Positions 26,555-35,784 of a DNA stretch of 64,000 nt are shown here, one piece after another (position 1 is the stretch's first letter; each line of letters starts with the position of its first letter). The position numbers and the translations under genes are program-made. The notes beneath the pieces were generated by a model. It had not been told where the DNA came from and did no database searches. It worked only from the letters and a program-made list of their open reading frames with translations. The DNA comes from Archaeoglobaceae archaeon (lineage in GTDB: Archaea > Halobacteriota > Archaeoglobi > Archaeoglobales > Archaeoglobaceae): NCBI GenBank assembly GCA_015523335.1, contig WAKM01000012.1, positions 1,714 to 65,713 of the forward strand, in the 5' to 3' direction.

Positions 26555-27432
26555 CTTTCTATAAGCGGAACGAGTTCCCTCGCCACACTTGAGTAGAGTT
26601 GAACGCTGTCTCTGTATTTCGTATCCGGAATTCCGGTGTATATCAAGTGGATCTTCGTCGGCAGATCTTCGTCGTATATCTCCCGAACTATGAACTTCGC
26701 AAGCGCTGATGTTAACGTCTCAAGCTTCGGATAGCCCATTCCAAGCGGAACTCTCTTCTTTACTACGATACCTCTCAGCTTGACTCCCGTAATCTGGGAG
26801 AACCTCAGAGAAAGATAATCGGGACAGAGATCCAGAGCTTTCTTGAGCAGATTAATCCAGAAAACCTCATCCGTCTCCTCCGAAGCCTTGTGGAATAAAC
26901 CGGTCCTGTAGACATTCTTCTCCCTCATCCAGTCGTTCTCAAGCTGTAACGAAATGATAACCCTGTTCGAATTCAAAGTCTCCATGATCGCCTTGATTTC
27001 GTCTATCGAACCCAAGAGGTATCTCGAATACGTCGTTTCGAGAGAGATCCTGATCTTTTCCGTGTTGTCCAAGATCATCTTGATGGTTTCGGCTGACATC
27101 TCTACGGTTTTGTCGATGTCGTCGAGCTTCCCGCCCAAGTGGAGGTTAAAAACTTCGGCTCCAGCCATTTCAGCTTTTTTCGCGGCCGCAATTAGTCCCT
27201 TTCTCGCTCTCTCAAGCGTCTCTTCGTCTTCCGAAACCGTGCTGTAATATGGGGAGTGAGCGGTGATCGTGTTGAACACCTTCGCAAGCTCTCCGTATTC
27301 CCTGAAATATTCTTCAACGTATCTCCTTCTCGTAAAATCGTAAGGCGGGATTTCGGTTAGCCTCATTCCCAAAAGCTCCGCAATGTGCAGTTTCCACTTA
27401 CCGTTGTAAGTTCCCCAGTCGAACAGAGCCAT
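26551..27432 (-). CDS. TIM-barrel protein, xylose-isomerase-like / AP-endonuclease-2 (Endo IV)-like fold (tentative)
   Basis: Strand-end motifs resemble Endo IV strands b3-b5 (ITAHSPYY, VFNLHLGG, ISLETTY), but the later DTCH/ND-type metal ligands are not evident. 293 aa. Translationally coupled to the helicase. Confidence 0.45.
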   Translation of the reverse strand: MALFDWGTYNGKWKLHIAELLGMRLTEIPPYDFTRRRYVEEYFREYGELAKVFNTITAHSPYYSTVSEDEETLERARKGLIAAAKKAEMAGAEVFNLHLGGKLDDIDKTVEMSAETIKMILDNTEKIRISLETTYSRYLLGSIDEIKAIMETLNSNRVIISLQLENDWMREKNVYRTGLFHKASEETDEVFWINLLKKALDLCPDYLSLRFSQITGVKLRGIVVKKRVPLGMGYPKLETLTSALAKFIVREIYDEDLPTKIHLIYTGIPDTKYRDSVQLYSSVARELVPLIER

Positions 27433-27450
27433 GTATAATATTATGCTTCA

Positions 27451-27486
27451 AATTATAAAAACTTTGGCACTACATTTATATATTAG
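27451..27486. promoter_or_regulatory. Bidirectional promoter: AATTATAAAAAC (towards the TIM-barrel gene) and TTTATATA (towards nmd3)
   Basis: The minus-facing TTTTTATAA is centred ~25 nt from ATG 27432. The plus-facing TTTATATA (27475-27482) is centred ~30 nt from ATG 27509. Confidence 0.45.
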
Positions 27487-27508
27487 CGTCCGCAAGTTGA
27501 TTTTTGCA

Positions 27509-28519
27509 ATGAAGAGATGTCCGGTGTGCGGGAAGCCCGTGGAAGGAAACTTGGAGATGTGTCCAGAGTGCTATGCAGAGAGGAGAGAGGTGTTCCGGTT
27601 AGAAGACATCATCGAACTCGTAAAGTGTCCGAGGTGTGAGTTCTTCAAGGTCAGAGGAAGGTGGAAAGACATCCCGTTTGAAGACGCCCTTATAGAGGCT
27701 GTTTATGCCTCTCTCAGGGTTATCCCCGAATTTGAGGTGGAAGATGTTTTCATATCACCGCTTGCAAGAGGGGAAGTAGGTAAATACGTCGTAAGACTCG
27801 AAGGATCGCTTGATGGTGAATTTATAAGTGTTGAGAAGGTTGCAGAAGTTAGAGTAAAGAGAGAGGTCTGCAAGAGATGTAGCAGAGAGGCGGGTGGCTA
27901 CTACGAATCTATCGTCCAGATAAGAGCCGATAGTAGGGAGATCAGCGAAGAAGAATTGGAAGTGGTCAGAGGAATAATTGAGAGGGTGCTCGAAAGAGAG
28001 AGGGAGAATCAGAAGGCTTTCATAAGCAAGATCGTTGAGAGGAGGGAGGGAATAGACTACTACTTCGGCGACAGAAACATAGGCAAGAAGATTTCGAGGC
28101 TCATAGCAGATGAGCTTGGAGGCAAGATAATAGAAAGCAAGAAGATACACACGAGAAGGGACGGACAGGATGTTTACAGGTTTACTTACGCCGTTAGGTT
28201 GCCGGCTTATAGAAAGGGGGACATTGTTGAAGAAAACGGTAAAATCTGCGTTGTTACGAGTCAAAAGTTGGGTAAAGCCGTTTCACTCGACAGCGGAGAA
28301 ACAGTGAACCTCAGAAACCCCAAGCTGATAGCGAGAAAGAAGGAGGTAAGGGAAAGCGTCGTTGTGAACTGTGACGAGTTCGTTGTGGAAGTTCTGCATC
28401 CGATTACGCAAGAGGTGGTTCAGGCCGTCAAACCTAAGATCGATCTCAAGCCCGGAGATACGGTATTCGTGGTTGAATACAACGATTCCGTTTACGTGAT
28501 ACCCAAAGAACTCGTCTGA
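27509..28519 (+). CDS. nmd3: NMD3-family protein (archaeal homolog of the 60S export adaptor)
   Basis: N-terminal Cys4 clusters CPVCGK...CPEC and CPRC...; ~337 aa. The ORF-track start at 27431 lies in the promoter region. Confidence 0.7.
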   Translation: MKRCPVCGKPVEGNLEMCPECYAERREVFRLEDIIELVKCPRCEFFKVRGRWKDIPFEDALIEAVYASLRVIPEFEVEDVFISPLARGEVGKYVVRLEGSLDGEFISVEKVAEVRVKREVCKRCSREAGGYYESIVQIRADSREISEEELEVVRGIIERVLERERENQKAFISKIVERREGIDYYFGDRNIGKKISRLIADELGGKIIESKKIHTRRDGQDVYRFTYAVRLPAYRKGDIVEENGKICVVTSQKLGKAVSLDSGETVNLRNPKLIARKKEVRESVVVNCDEFVVEVLHPITQEVVQAVKPKIDLKPGDTVFVVEYNDSVYVIPKELV

Positions 28520-28524
28520 AAGGC

Positions 28525-28533
28525 TTTATATAT
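28525..28533 (+). promoter_or_regulatory. TATA box (TTTATATAT) for htpX
   Basis: Centred ~27 nt upstream of ATG 28555, the leaderless geometry. Confidence 0.45.
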
Positions 28534-28554
28534 CCATCAGTAAATTTCTAAACG

Positions 28555-29439
28555 ATGGCTTGGATAAGGGATTGGGGTCTTACGGTAAGGATGCTCGTAA
28601 CGATGTTCCTGTTGGCAGTAATCTACATTGGATTCATAACGCTACTGTATATTCTGGGATTTCCGCTGATATACATAATGACCATAGCGGGCGTTCTGCT
28701 GTTCATACAGTTCTACTTCTCGGACAAGATAGTTCTGCTTAGCACCGGAGCAAGGATAGTTGACGAGCATGAAGCTCCGGAATTGTATGCAATAGTCAGA
28801 AAACTCTGCCAGAGGGCAAATCTGCCGATGCCGAAGATCGCAATAGTTGATACACCCGTCCCAAACGCATTCGCAACCGGTAGAAGTCCGAAAAGTGCCG
28901 TTGTTGCGGTAACCACCGGATTGCTCAAAACCCTGAACTGGGATGAGATAGAGGCGGTTTTGGGGCACGAGCTCAGCCACATCAAGAACAGAGACGTTGC
29001 GATAATGACTATCGCAAGCTTCATAGCAACCGTTGCATGGTTCGTAGCCAGATATGCGATGTTCATGGGATTGTTCGGGGACGACAGAAGGGATAACGGT
29101 GCGGCAGTAGGCATAGCCCTATTCTTAATATCGATGATCGTCTGGCTGATCAGTACCTTGCTAATGCTCGCATTGAGCAGATACAGAGAGTTCGCCGCCG
29201 ATGCCGGAAGTGCGATACTTACGAGGAAGCCTCAGGCATTGATTTCGGCTTTGGCAAAGATAAGCGGAAGAATTGATCTGATAGATCCAGAGTATAAGAA
29301 GGAGTTAGAAGGACTAAACGCTTTCTTCATAATTCCGGCTATAAGCGGAGAAACCATAGCCTCGCTCTTCTCGACACATCCGCCCGTTGAGAAAAGGATC
29401 GAGAGGCTTAGGAAGATCTCAGTTGAATTGGGGCTATGA
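28555..29439 (+). CDS. htpX: Zinc metalloprotease HtpX (M48)
   Basis: HELSHIKNRD zinc motif, four TM segments and a downstream EFAAD. Confidence 0.9.
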   Translation: MAWIRDWGLTVRMLVTMFLLAVIYIGFITLLYILGFPLIYIMTIAGVLLFIQFYFSDKIVLLSTGARIVDEHEAPELYAIVRKLCQRANLPMPKIAIVDTPVPNAFATGRSPKSAVVAVTTGLLKTLNWDEIEAVLGHELSHIKNRDVAIMTIASFIATVAWFVARYAMFMGLFGDDRRDNGAAVGIALFLISMIVWLISTLLMLALSRYREFAADAGSAILTRKPQALISALAKISGRIDLIDPEYKKELEGLNAFFIIPAISGETIASLFSTHPPVEKRIERLRKISVELGL

Positions 29440-30488
29440 AATTCAGCAGAAGCGTCGAAATACCGCTGATAGTTGAGATAAGCGAGAGCGCGAGGAAAAG
29501 GATAGCGGACGTTTTGAACAGGCTTCAAATTTCCTCAGCCATACTCATCACTGGAGAGAAATCTTACGAAGTTGCCGGAAGGAAGATTGAGGAAAAAATA
29601 TCTAATTTCATATCAAACAAATTTTTTGTTAAAGTTTCAGGCATGGAGGTTGCGAAGAACATCGTCGTTTCGATAGGATACGCTGATGTTGACGGCGTTA
29701 TCGGAATAGGTGGCGGAAAGGTTTTGGATGTTGCCAAGGTTGTGGCTTCCGAACTGAGTGTTCCATTTATAAGCATACCCACAACGGCTTCGCACGACGG
29801 CATAGCTTCGCCCGTTGCGAGCTTTAAGGAGAACGGGAAGGCGGTATCGATACTCGTAGATCCTCCTACAGCCGTCTTAGCCGATTTAACGATCCTAAGG
29901 CACTGCCCCATCAGATTGCTCCGCTCCGGCTACGGCGATCTGATTTCTAACGTCGTTGCGGTTAAGGACTGGAAGCTCGCGAGGGATAAAATTGGAGAGG
30001 AGTTCAACGAAGTTGCGGCGAGCATGGCTATAATGCCAGCGAACTTCATGCTGACGAGCGCTGAGAAGCTTGATTTAAGAAACCATTTGGAGATGCTGGT
30101 TAGGGGTTTGATTTTGAGCGGGGTTGCGATATCACTTGTTAAGAGTAGCAGACCCGCGAGCGGTTCGGAACATAAGTTCAGTCACGCTTTGGACATCTTA
30201 GGCTACGGAAACGGAACGCACGGTGAGCAAGTTGGAATCGGAACAATTATCATGGAGTATCTGCACGAAAAATACTACGGCGAAGGAGATTGGGAACTTA
30301 TAAAGATGTCCCTCGATAAGATACAGGCTCCGACGACGGCTAAGGAGATCGGACTCACAAGAGAGCAGGTGCTTGAAGCCCTGATGTTCGCAAAGAGCAT
30401 CCGAAGGAAGAGGTATACGATTTTAGAAGACGTTAATCCTTCGAAAGACGAGTTCGAAGTCGTTTTGAGTAAAACCGGAGTTGCTTGA
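29436..30488 (+). CDS. egsA: sn-Glycerol-1-phosphate dehydrogenase
   Basis: Fe-ADH/glycerol-dehydrogenase fold with GIGGGKVLDVAK, the His pair (HKFSHALD...HGEQVG) and ~350 aa as in archaeal G1PDH. ATGA overlap with htpX. Confidence 0.75.
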   Translation: MKFSRSVEIPLIVEISESARKRIADVLNRLQISSAILITGEKSYEVAGRKIEEKISNFISNKFFVKVSGMEVAKNIVVSIGYADVDGVIGIGGGKVLDVAKVVASELSVPFISIPTTASHDGIASPVASFKENGKAVSILVDPPTAVLADLTILRHCPIRLLRSGYGDLISNVVAVKDWKLARDKIGEEFNEVAASMAIMPANFMLTSAEKLDLRNHLEMLVRGLILSGVAISLVKSSRPASGSEHKFSHALDILGYGNGTHGEQVGIGTIIMEYLHEKYYGEGDWELIKMSLDKIQAPTTAKEIGLTREQVLEALMFAKSIRRKRYTILEDVNPSKDEFEVVLSKTGVA

Positions 30489-30535
30489 GGATAAGATTTG
30501 AAATCGAAGTTGGCTGAACTGCTCGGATCACACAA

Positions 30536-30543
30536 TTTTTAAA
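30536..30543 (+). promoter_or_regulatory. TATA box (TTTTTAAA) for cbf5
   Basis: Centred ~27-29 nt upstream of ATG 30569. Confidence 0.4.
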
Positions 30544-30568
30544 TCGTTTAAGAGTTGATCTTTTGAGC

Positions 30569-31582
30569 ATGAAAGCTCTCGCTAAAGATATAACTAAGGA
30601 GAAAGACTTCGAAGAAAGATTTTACGTAAAGGAAGAGGGCACCACCGACGAAAGCTACGGATGCTACCCCTTCAACCGTCCCATGGAAGAGTATATTCGG
30701 AAGGGGTTCGTCGTTATAGACAAACCGATGGGTCCGAGCAGTCACGAAGTAGTCGTCTGGGTTAGAAGGATTCTAAATGTCCAAAAGACCGGACATACCG
30801 GAACCTTAGATCCAAGAGTAACCGGAGTTCTGCCGATAATGATCGAAGACGCCACGAAGTTGGTCAGAATTCTGCAGGGTTCGGAGAAGGAATACGTCTG
30901 CCTTATGAGGTTGCATGGAGATGTAAGGAAGGAGGAGATCGAGCGGGTTCTGAAGCTATTCGAAGGCAAGATATACCAGAGACCGCCGCTGAAATCGGCC
31001 GTTAAGAAGAGGCTGAGGGTTAGGACGATCTACAGGATAGAGATACTCGAAATAGAAGGCAGGGATGTTCTTTTCAAGGTTACAACGGAAGCCGGAACAT
31101 ACATCAGAAAGCTCTGCACCGATATAGGCGAGGTTTTGGGTTGCGGAGCGCACATGCAAGAGCTTAGGAGGACGAGAACCGGAATATTCGACGAGAGAAT
31201 GTGCTACACTTTGCACGATCTGCTTGACGCCTACACCTTCTGGAAGGAGGAGGGAGAGGAGAAGTATCTGAGACAGATAATAAAACCGATGGAGCTTGCT
31301 GTGGTAAACGTTCCGAAGATCGTGATCAAAGATACCGCAGTCGATGCGATCTGCCACGGAGCGGATTTGACCGCTAAGGGAGTTCTATACATCGAAAAAA
31401 CGGTTAAGAAAGATGGCTTGGTTGCGATATTCACTTTGAAGAACGAACTCGTCGCGTTGGGTAAAGCCCTCATGAATGCGGAAGACATGCTGAAAGTCAG
31501 AAGCGGGATCGTCGTGGATGTGACCAGAGTAATTATGGAGAGGGGAACTTACCCTTCCTTCTGGAAAAAAGCTATGGCCTAA
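30569..31582 (+). CDS. cbf5: H/ACA RNP pseudouridine synthase Cbf5 (TruB family with PUA domain)
   Basis: Catalytic GHTGTLDPRVTGVLP and a C-terminal PUA domain. TTG 30563 is an alternative start. Confidence 0.9.
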   Translation: MKALAKDITKEKDFEERFYVKEEGTTDESYGCYPFNRPMEEYIRKGFVVIDKPMGPSSHEVVVWVRRILNVQKTGHTGTLDPRVTGVLPIMIEDATKLVRILQGSEKEYVCLMRLHGDVRKEEIERVLKLFEGKIYQRPPLKSAVKKRLRVRTIYRIEILEIEGRDVLFKVTTEAGTYIRKLCTDIGEVLGCGAHMQELRRTRTGIFDERMCYTLHDLLDAYTFWKEEGEEKYLRQIIKPMELAVVNVPKIVIKDTAVDAICHGADLTAKGVLYIEKTVKKDGLVAIFTLKNELVALGKALMNAEDMLKVRSGIVVDVTRVIMERGTYPSFWKKAMA

Positions 31583-31585
31583 GGG

Positions 31586-31822
31586 GTGTATGAAATGTTC
31601 GATCGGAAGTCGAGGGTCATGCTGATGTTGGCTCTGCTGAACGAAGCTTACGGCGATATAAGATCGATAATTACGTGCTTGGAGGACTTCATAAACTCTC
31701 ATCCCGAAATGAAGGATGAAATCGAGGAGTTCAGACTGAAGGAACTGCTAAATGATGCCGTAAACTTCGAAAAGAAGCTTTTGGATGTTATGGAAAATAT
31801 GAAAAGGGTGGTTTATGAGTAA
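31586..31822 (+). CDS. Small helical hypothetical protein
   Basis: 75-78 aa with no recognisable motif; not Nop10 (no Zn ribbon) and not Gar1. GTG 31586 or ATG 31595 (AAGGGG upstream). Overlaps the GT2 start by 8 nt. Confidence 0.45.
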   Translation: MYEMFDRKSRVMLMLALLNEAYGDIRSIITCLEDFINSHPEMKDEIEEFRLKELLNDAVNFEKKLLDVMENMKRVVYE

Positions 31823-32783
31823 AATAGCCGTTGTCGTGCCGGTTTCCCCCTTCGAGCCTTTGGAAATCCTTCTAAATTCCGCAAAACACCTTTTATCTTT
31901 GGATTACGATAGCTTTGAGTTCAAGATCGTTTACGTTGTCGATAAAAATAGCCCGGATGATGAGAGGTGCGAAAAGCTTAGGGAGTTGGGCGTCGAAGTT
32001 TTGGAGAGGAATACGACGAGGGGTAAGAGAGCAGGGGCAATAAACGACGCCTTGGATTATCTAAGGAATTTCGAGCCGGATTACATAGCGATATTCGACG
32101 TCGATTCCCGTCCCGAAAGAAACTTCATCATCAAGTGCGTTGAAGCCCTTGAGCGGGATGAAAAAGCCTACATCGCGTCCTCGCGAAGATACATCTCGAA
32201 TCCAGTAAATCTCGTATCTCAAACTGTCGAAGCCGAATACCACTTAATAAACTTCCTTCTGAAGAAGTCGAGGTTCAGGCAGTTCAACGGGCTCATAGGC
32301 GTTCTCAGGGCTGAATATCTTATGAAGTATAGGCTGAACGAGGATGCGATAACGGAAGATGCAGATTTCGCAACGAGGATGCACTGCATGGGCTATAAAG
32401 CGATCTTGGTTGAGGGAACAAAGGTATACGAACAGGCTCCTCTGAGCTGGAAAGATCTTGTAAGCCAGAGAAAGAGGTGGTATTACGGCGGATTGCAACT
32501 GTGGAGATACTGGAAGTGCGTAAGAGCTACGAAAAACTGGGGATTCATACTCTCTTGGACTTCCGCCCTAACGCTAACATACGCGATAATTCTGCTGATA
32601 CCCTTTCTGATTTTGGCTCCGCCTCTCCTTTTTTACAAATTCAGAAGCTTTAAAAAAGTTTTAGTAACGTTCGGCTTACTGATTCATACCGTGCTGTTGC
32701 AGTATTCCGCGATATGCGCCATGGCGAAATACGTTAAGGGGAGAGGAATCGAATGGAGTCCGATAAAAAGAGTTCCACAGTGA
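31815..32783 (+). CDS. Family 2 glycosyltransferase, QxxRW type, with C-terminal TM segments
   Basis: DxD-like FDVDS, the QRKRW motif, and 2-3 C-terminal TM helices. Confidence 0.8.
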   Translation: MSKIAVVVPVSPFEPLEILLNSAKHLLSLDYDSFEFKIVYVVDKNSPDDERCEKLRELGVEVLERNTTRGKRAGAINDALDYLRNFEPDYIAIFDVDSRPERNFIIKCVEALERDEKAYIASSRRYISNPVNLVSQTVEAEYHLINFLLKKSRFRQFNGLIGVLRAEYLMKYRLNEDAITEDADFATRMHCMGYKAILVEGTKVYEQAPLSWKDLVSQRKRWYYGGLQLWRYWKCVRATKNWGFILSWTSALTLTYAIILLIPFLILAPPLLFYKFRSFKKVLVTFGLLIHTVLLQYSAICAMAKYVKGRGIEWSPIKRVPQ

Positions 32784-33760
32784 AACCGATGCTTATCGGT
32801 CTGATCGTAAGCGTAATTACTATCGTCGTAATCTTCAAGCTTACGGAAACGAAGGTAACTTGGAAGATCATATTTCAAGCGGATTGGCGGTTTTTAGTTT
32901 TAGCCCTGTTCATGCACTCTTTGTTCTGGTTCTTTTGGGGAGTAAGGCTTAAACAGCTGACATCTTTACTCAAAGCGGACATACCGTTAGGATACGCGTT
33001 GGAGATCTCAATCGCGAGCACCTTCTTAGCCGCGATAACGCCGTCTTCAGCGGGAGGAGAACCGCTGAGAATTAAGATGCTCTCCGACAGAATACCGCTT
33101 GGCTCAGCAACAGCAGTCGTTTTAGCCGAAAGGCTGTTGGATGCCGTATTCTTCGCCGTAGCACTTATATTTTTCCTCATCATCTCGGGCTTCGCAACGA
33201 AGTTCGGTTTCGAGGTTGGAGCGATATTTACCGTATGCCTGATCGGCTTTTTGCTCTTTCTGTATCTAATCGTAAAGGACGAGGGAAACATCACCAAACT
33301 TTCGAACTGGCTTTACTCGAAGCTGAAGAGGTTCGGAGAGGAAAAAGCCGTTAAAATAGCTAATAGAGTTAAAGAGGAGTCCCTGATGTTCAGAAACGCT
33401 CTCGTTGACATGCTGAAAAATCCGGCTGATAAGATCGCCCTTTCGATTCTTTATACTGCCTTAATCTGGTTTCCGGAATTCTTAGTTCCGTCTATCATCC
33501 TCTTGGCTTTAAATCAGAATCCGGCTTTTTTACTTTCGATTACGGCTCAGTTCATACTCGTCATCATCTCTCTCATCCCGCTCACACCAGGAAGCAGTGG
33601 AATCGCGGAAGCCGGGATGGTTTATCTATACTCGAAGTTCGTTCCTCAGGCTGTTTTGGGTGTTCTCGTTGCTATCTGGAGGTTCATAACGTATTACACG
33701 AACATCTTCGTCGGATTGCTCGTTAACGTCAAACTACTGAAATCGAAGTATATCGATTGA
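32753..33760 (+). CDS. UPF0104 / MprF-flippase-like (LPG_synthase_TM) membrane protein
   Basis: Polytopic protein with duplicated P..(S/G)..GE motifs (TPSSAGGEPLRI; PLTPGSSGIAEAG). The alternative ATG 32789 lies just after the GT2 stop. Confidence 0.65.
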   Translation: MESDKKSSTVKPMLIGLIVSVITIVVIFKLTETKVTWKIIFQADWRFLVLALFMHSLFWFFWGVRLKQLTSLLKADIPLGYALEISIASTFLAAITPSSAGGEPLRIKMLSDRIPLGSATAVVLAERLLDAVFFAVALIFFLIISGFATKFGFEVGAIFTVCLIGFLLFLYLIVKDEGNITKLSNWLYSKLKRFGEEKAVKIANRVKEESLMFRNALVDMLKNPADKIALSILYTALIWFPEFLVPSIILLALNQNPAFLLSITAQFILVIISLIPLTPGSSGIAEAGMVYLYSKFVPQAVLGVLVAIWRFITYYTNIFVGLLVNVKLLKSKYID

Positions 33761-33777
33761 TTTTGGATACCACTGAG

Positions 33778-34290
33778 CTATTCGGATTCCTCAAGCAGTT
33801 CCAAGTAGGATTCCCTTATCGAGCTTGAAGGGTCGAATCCCAAGAGCTTTGCAACTTCAAAAACCTTACGCTTTGCCGACTCCAAATCATCCGACTTGAC
33901 TTCTATTTCAACGAACGTTCCCAAACCCTCGACGTCGTCAAAGCAGATCGTAACGTCTTCGATGCTGTATATCTTTCTTCTCTTCACAACCCTTCTAACA
34001 GTTCTGAATCCGAGTCTGTTCAGCAATTCGACTGCTTTGTCGTAGTCGTCAACCTCGATTTCGATCTCATCTCTCGTCTTCGTTTCTTTATCGATCTTTG
34101 GACCTTTATACGTTATCTTCACGCCCTCCCCATCTCTTCTAATTCTCAAGGCTTCGTCGCTTTCCCAGAAATCTCTAGCTGGAGAGTTGAAGTATAGATC
34201 CTCCTCAACCTTCTCGCACACGAACTTCGCGATCTCTTTGATTTTCTCCTCAACACTTCTGTCAGCTTTAAACTTAACTTCGACCTCCAT
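33778..34290 (-). CDS. CYTH-domain protein (class IV adenylate cyclase / triphosphatase family)
   Basis: N-terminal EVEVKFK (ExExK) motif and a ~170-aa CYTH beta-barrel pattern. Confidence 0.8.
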   Translation of the reverse strand: MEVEVKFKADRSVEEKIKEIAKFVCEKVEEDLYFNSPARDFWESDEALRIRRDGEGVKITYKGPKIDKETKTRDEIEIEVDDYDKAVELLNRLGFRTVRRVVKRRKIYSIEDVTICFDDVEGLGTFVEIEVKSDDLESAKRKVFEVAKLLGFDPSSSIRESYLELLEESE

Positions 34291-34750
34291 GCTTCCTCAA
34301 CTCCTCGTCAGCCTTCGCGACCTCTTCCTTCTTTACCTTCTGATATTCCTCGACCTTCCTTCTTACGTTTTCATCGTAAAGCGCTACGATCTTTGCGACG
34401 GCTAAGGCGGCGTTCTCCGGCTCCAAGATCACCATCGGAGCAACACCAGAGGGCATTCGAAGAGATGAGAACACGTCTGCTCCTCCGAACTTATCGCTGT
34501 AAGGCGGACATGTTATCACAGGATTCGAAGTATTTGCATCTACGAATCCGCTCAAGGCGTTGCTTCTGCCGGCAACCGTAACGAAAACGACCCTATCATA
34601 CTCCTTCAGAATCTCAAGCAACTTCTCAGGTGTTTTGTGTGCCGAAGCCACTCTCATTTCGTATTCTACTCCGAAATACTCCAACTTCTCCGCAATCTTC
34701 TTTGCAAACTCCAAATCGGACTTCGAACCCATTATGATAACTGCTTTCAT
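34274..34750 (-). CDS. purE: PurE (AIR carboxylase/mutase); SAHK motif suggests class II
   Basis: IMGSKSDLEF and VASAHKTPEKL motifs. 158 aa. Confidence 0.9.
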   Translation of the reverse strand: MKAVIIMGSKSDLEFAKKIAEKLEYFGVEYEMRVASAHKTPEKLLEILKEYDRVVFVTVAGRSNALSGFVDANTSNPVITCPPYSDKFGGADVFSSLRMPSGVAPMVILEPENAALAVAKIVALYDENVRRKVEEYQKVKKEEVAKADEELRKHGGRS

Positions 34751-35784
34751 ATTTCCAAGCCGATCGATTTGTTTAAGCGTTTTTCGGCTATGCGGAGGGA
34801 TGACAACACCGCCGAAGCCGACACCGCAAGGTAGACTATCGGCTCGATGAAGCTGAAACTCGATCCGGCGGATAATCTTACGAGAAGACCCACGGGTGAA
34901 ATCGGCGTTGAAAACATGAGCATGATGACCGACACGGCAACGATCGAAAATACGAGCTGAGACTTCTCTCTGTTAATCGTAAACGCCGAAATTACCAGAG
35001 ACAGCGCGATCATAACAAGGCAGATCGACAACGATGTTGCCATAGCCAAAGCGGGATTGTGGATCTTTATACCGTTCACCGCAAGCATTACCATCCAAAA
35101 TACCGTAAGAAAAACGGATAGGATAAAAGACGCAAGCAACTTGCCGGCGATGACATCTCCGAGATCGACCACCGAAAGTAGAACATCCAAAGTCTTTGTT
35201 TCGATCTCTTCGCATAACGAATCTATTATGAACGCCGAAGATATTACAGCCGTCGTTACCGCGAGCAGAGGTATCAGCATAACGTATATGAATCTGAAAC
35301 GAAGGGAGATTCCTTCCGGAACTTCGATTTCCCTTCCGTCTTCGTAAACCTTCAAATTGAGCGTCGGAATCCCCCTAAGTTTTCTGAGAATATCCTGATA
35401 TTCCATCAGCTTCTTTCTTAGATACAGCATTGCTTTGATAGCTTTGACGTCCTCTTTGGGCAGATATAGCGTGACGAAGTTCGTTCCGGTAACGTTCTCA
35501 TTAAAGACGACGACGGCATCTATCTTACCGTTCACGAGATCTTTAATAGCTTGTTCGAGCGAATCGTATCGGATCGGATGAACCAACGACGAAAATATGG
35601 GCGCGTTCCCCACGAGTCCGATCTTCGCCGTTGCATAGCCAACAGGTGAATACAGAAACGTAAGACCAACGATGATCAAAGACGAAAACGAAGCTACGAA
35701 GAACAGAAGTAGTATAACGACCAATATCGTCTTCTCCTTTTTAATACTTCTTAAGTCCTTCAGAGCTATCTTAACAGACTCCAT
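34747..35784 (-). CDS. ABC-2 (NatB-like) transporter permease
   Basis: N-terminal TM, a large external loop, then 5 TMs. Carries the EEIETKTLDVLL motif characteristic of NatB-type permeases. 4-nt overlap with purE. Confidence 0.7.
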   Translation of the reverse strand: MESVKIALKDLRSIKKEKTILVVILLLFFVASFSSLIIVGLTFLYSPVGYATAKIGLVGNAPIFSSLVHPIRYDSLEQAIKDLVNGKIDAVVVFNENVTGTNFVTLYLPKEDVKAIKAMLYLRKKLMEYQDILRKLRGIPTLNLKVYEDGREIEVPEGISLRFRFIYVMLIPLLAVTTAVISSAFIIDSLCEEIETKTLDVLLSVVDLGDVIAGKLLASFILSVFLTVFWMVMLAVNGIKIHNPALAMATSLSICLVMIALSLVISAFTINREKSQLVFSIVAVSVIMLMFSTPISPVGLLVRLSAGSSFSFIEPIVYLAVSASAVLSSLRIAEKRLNKSIGLEI

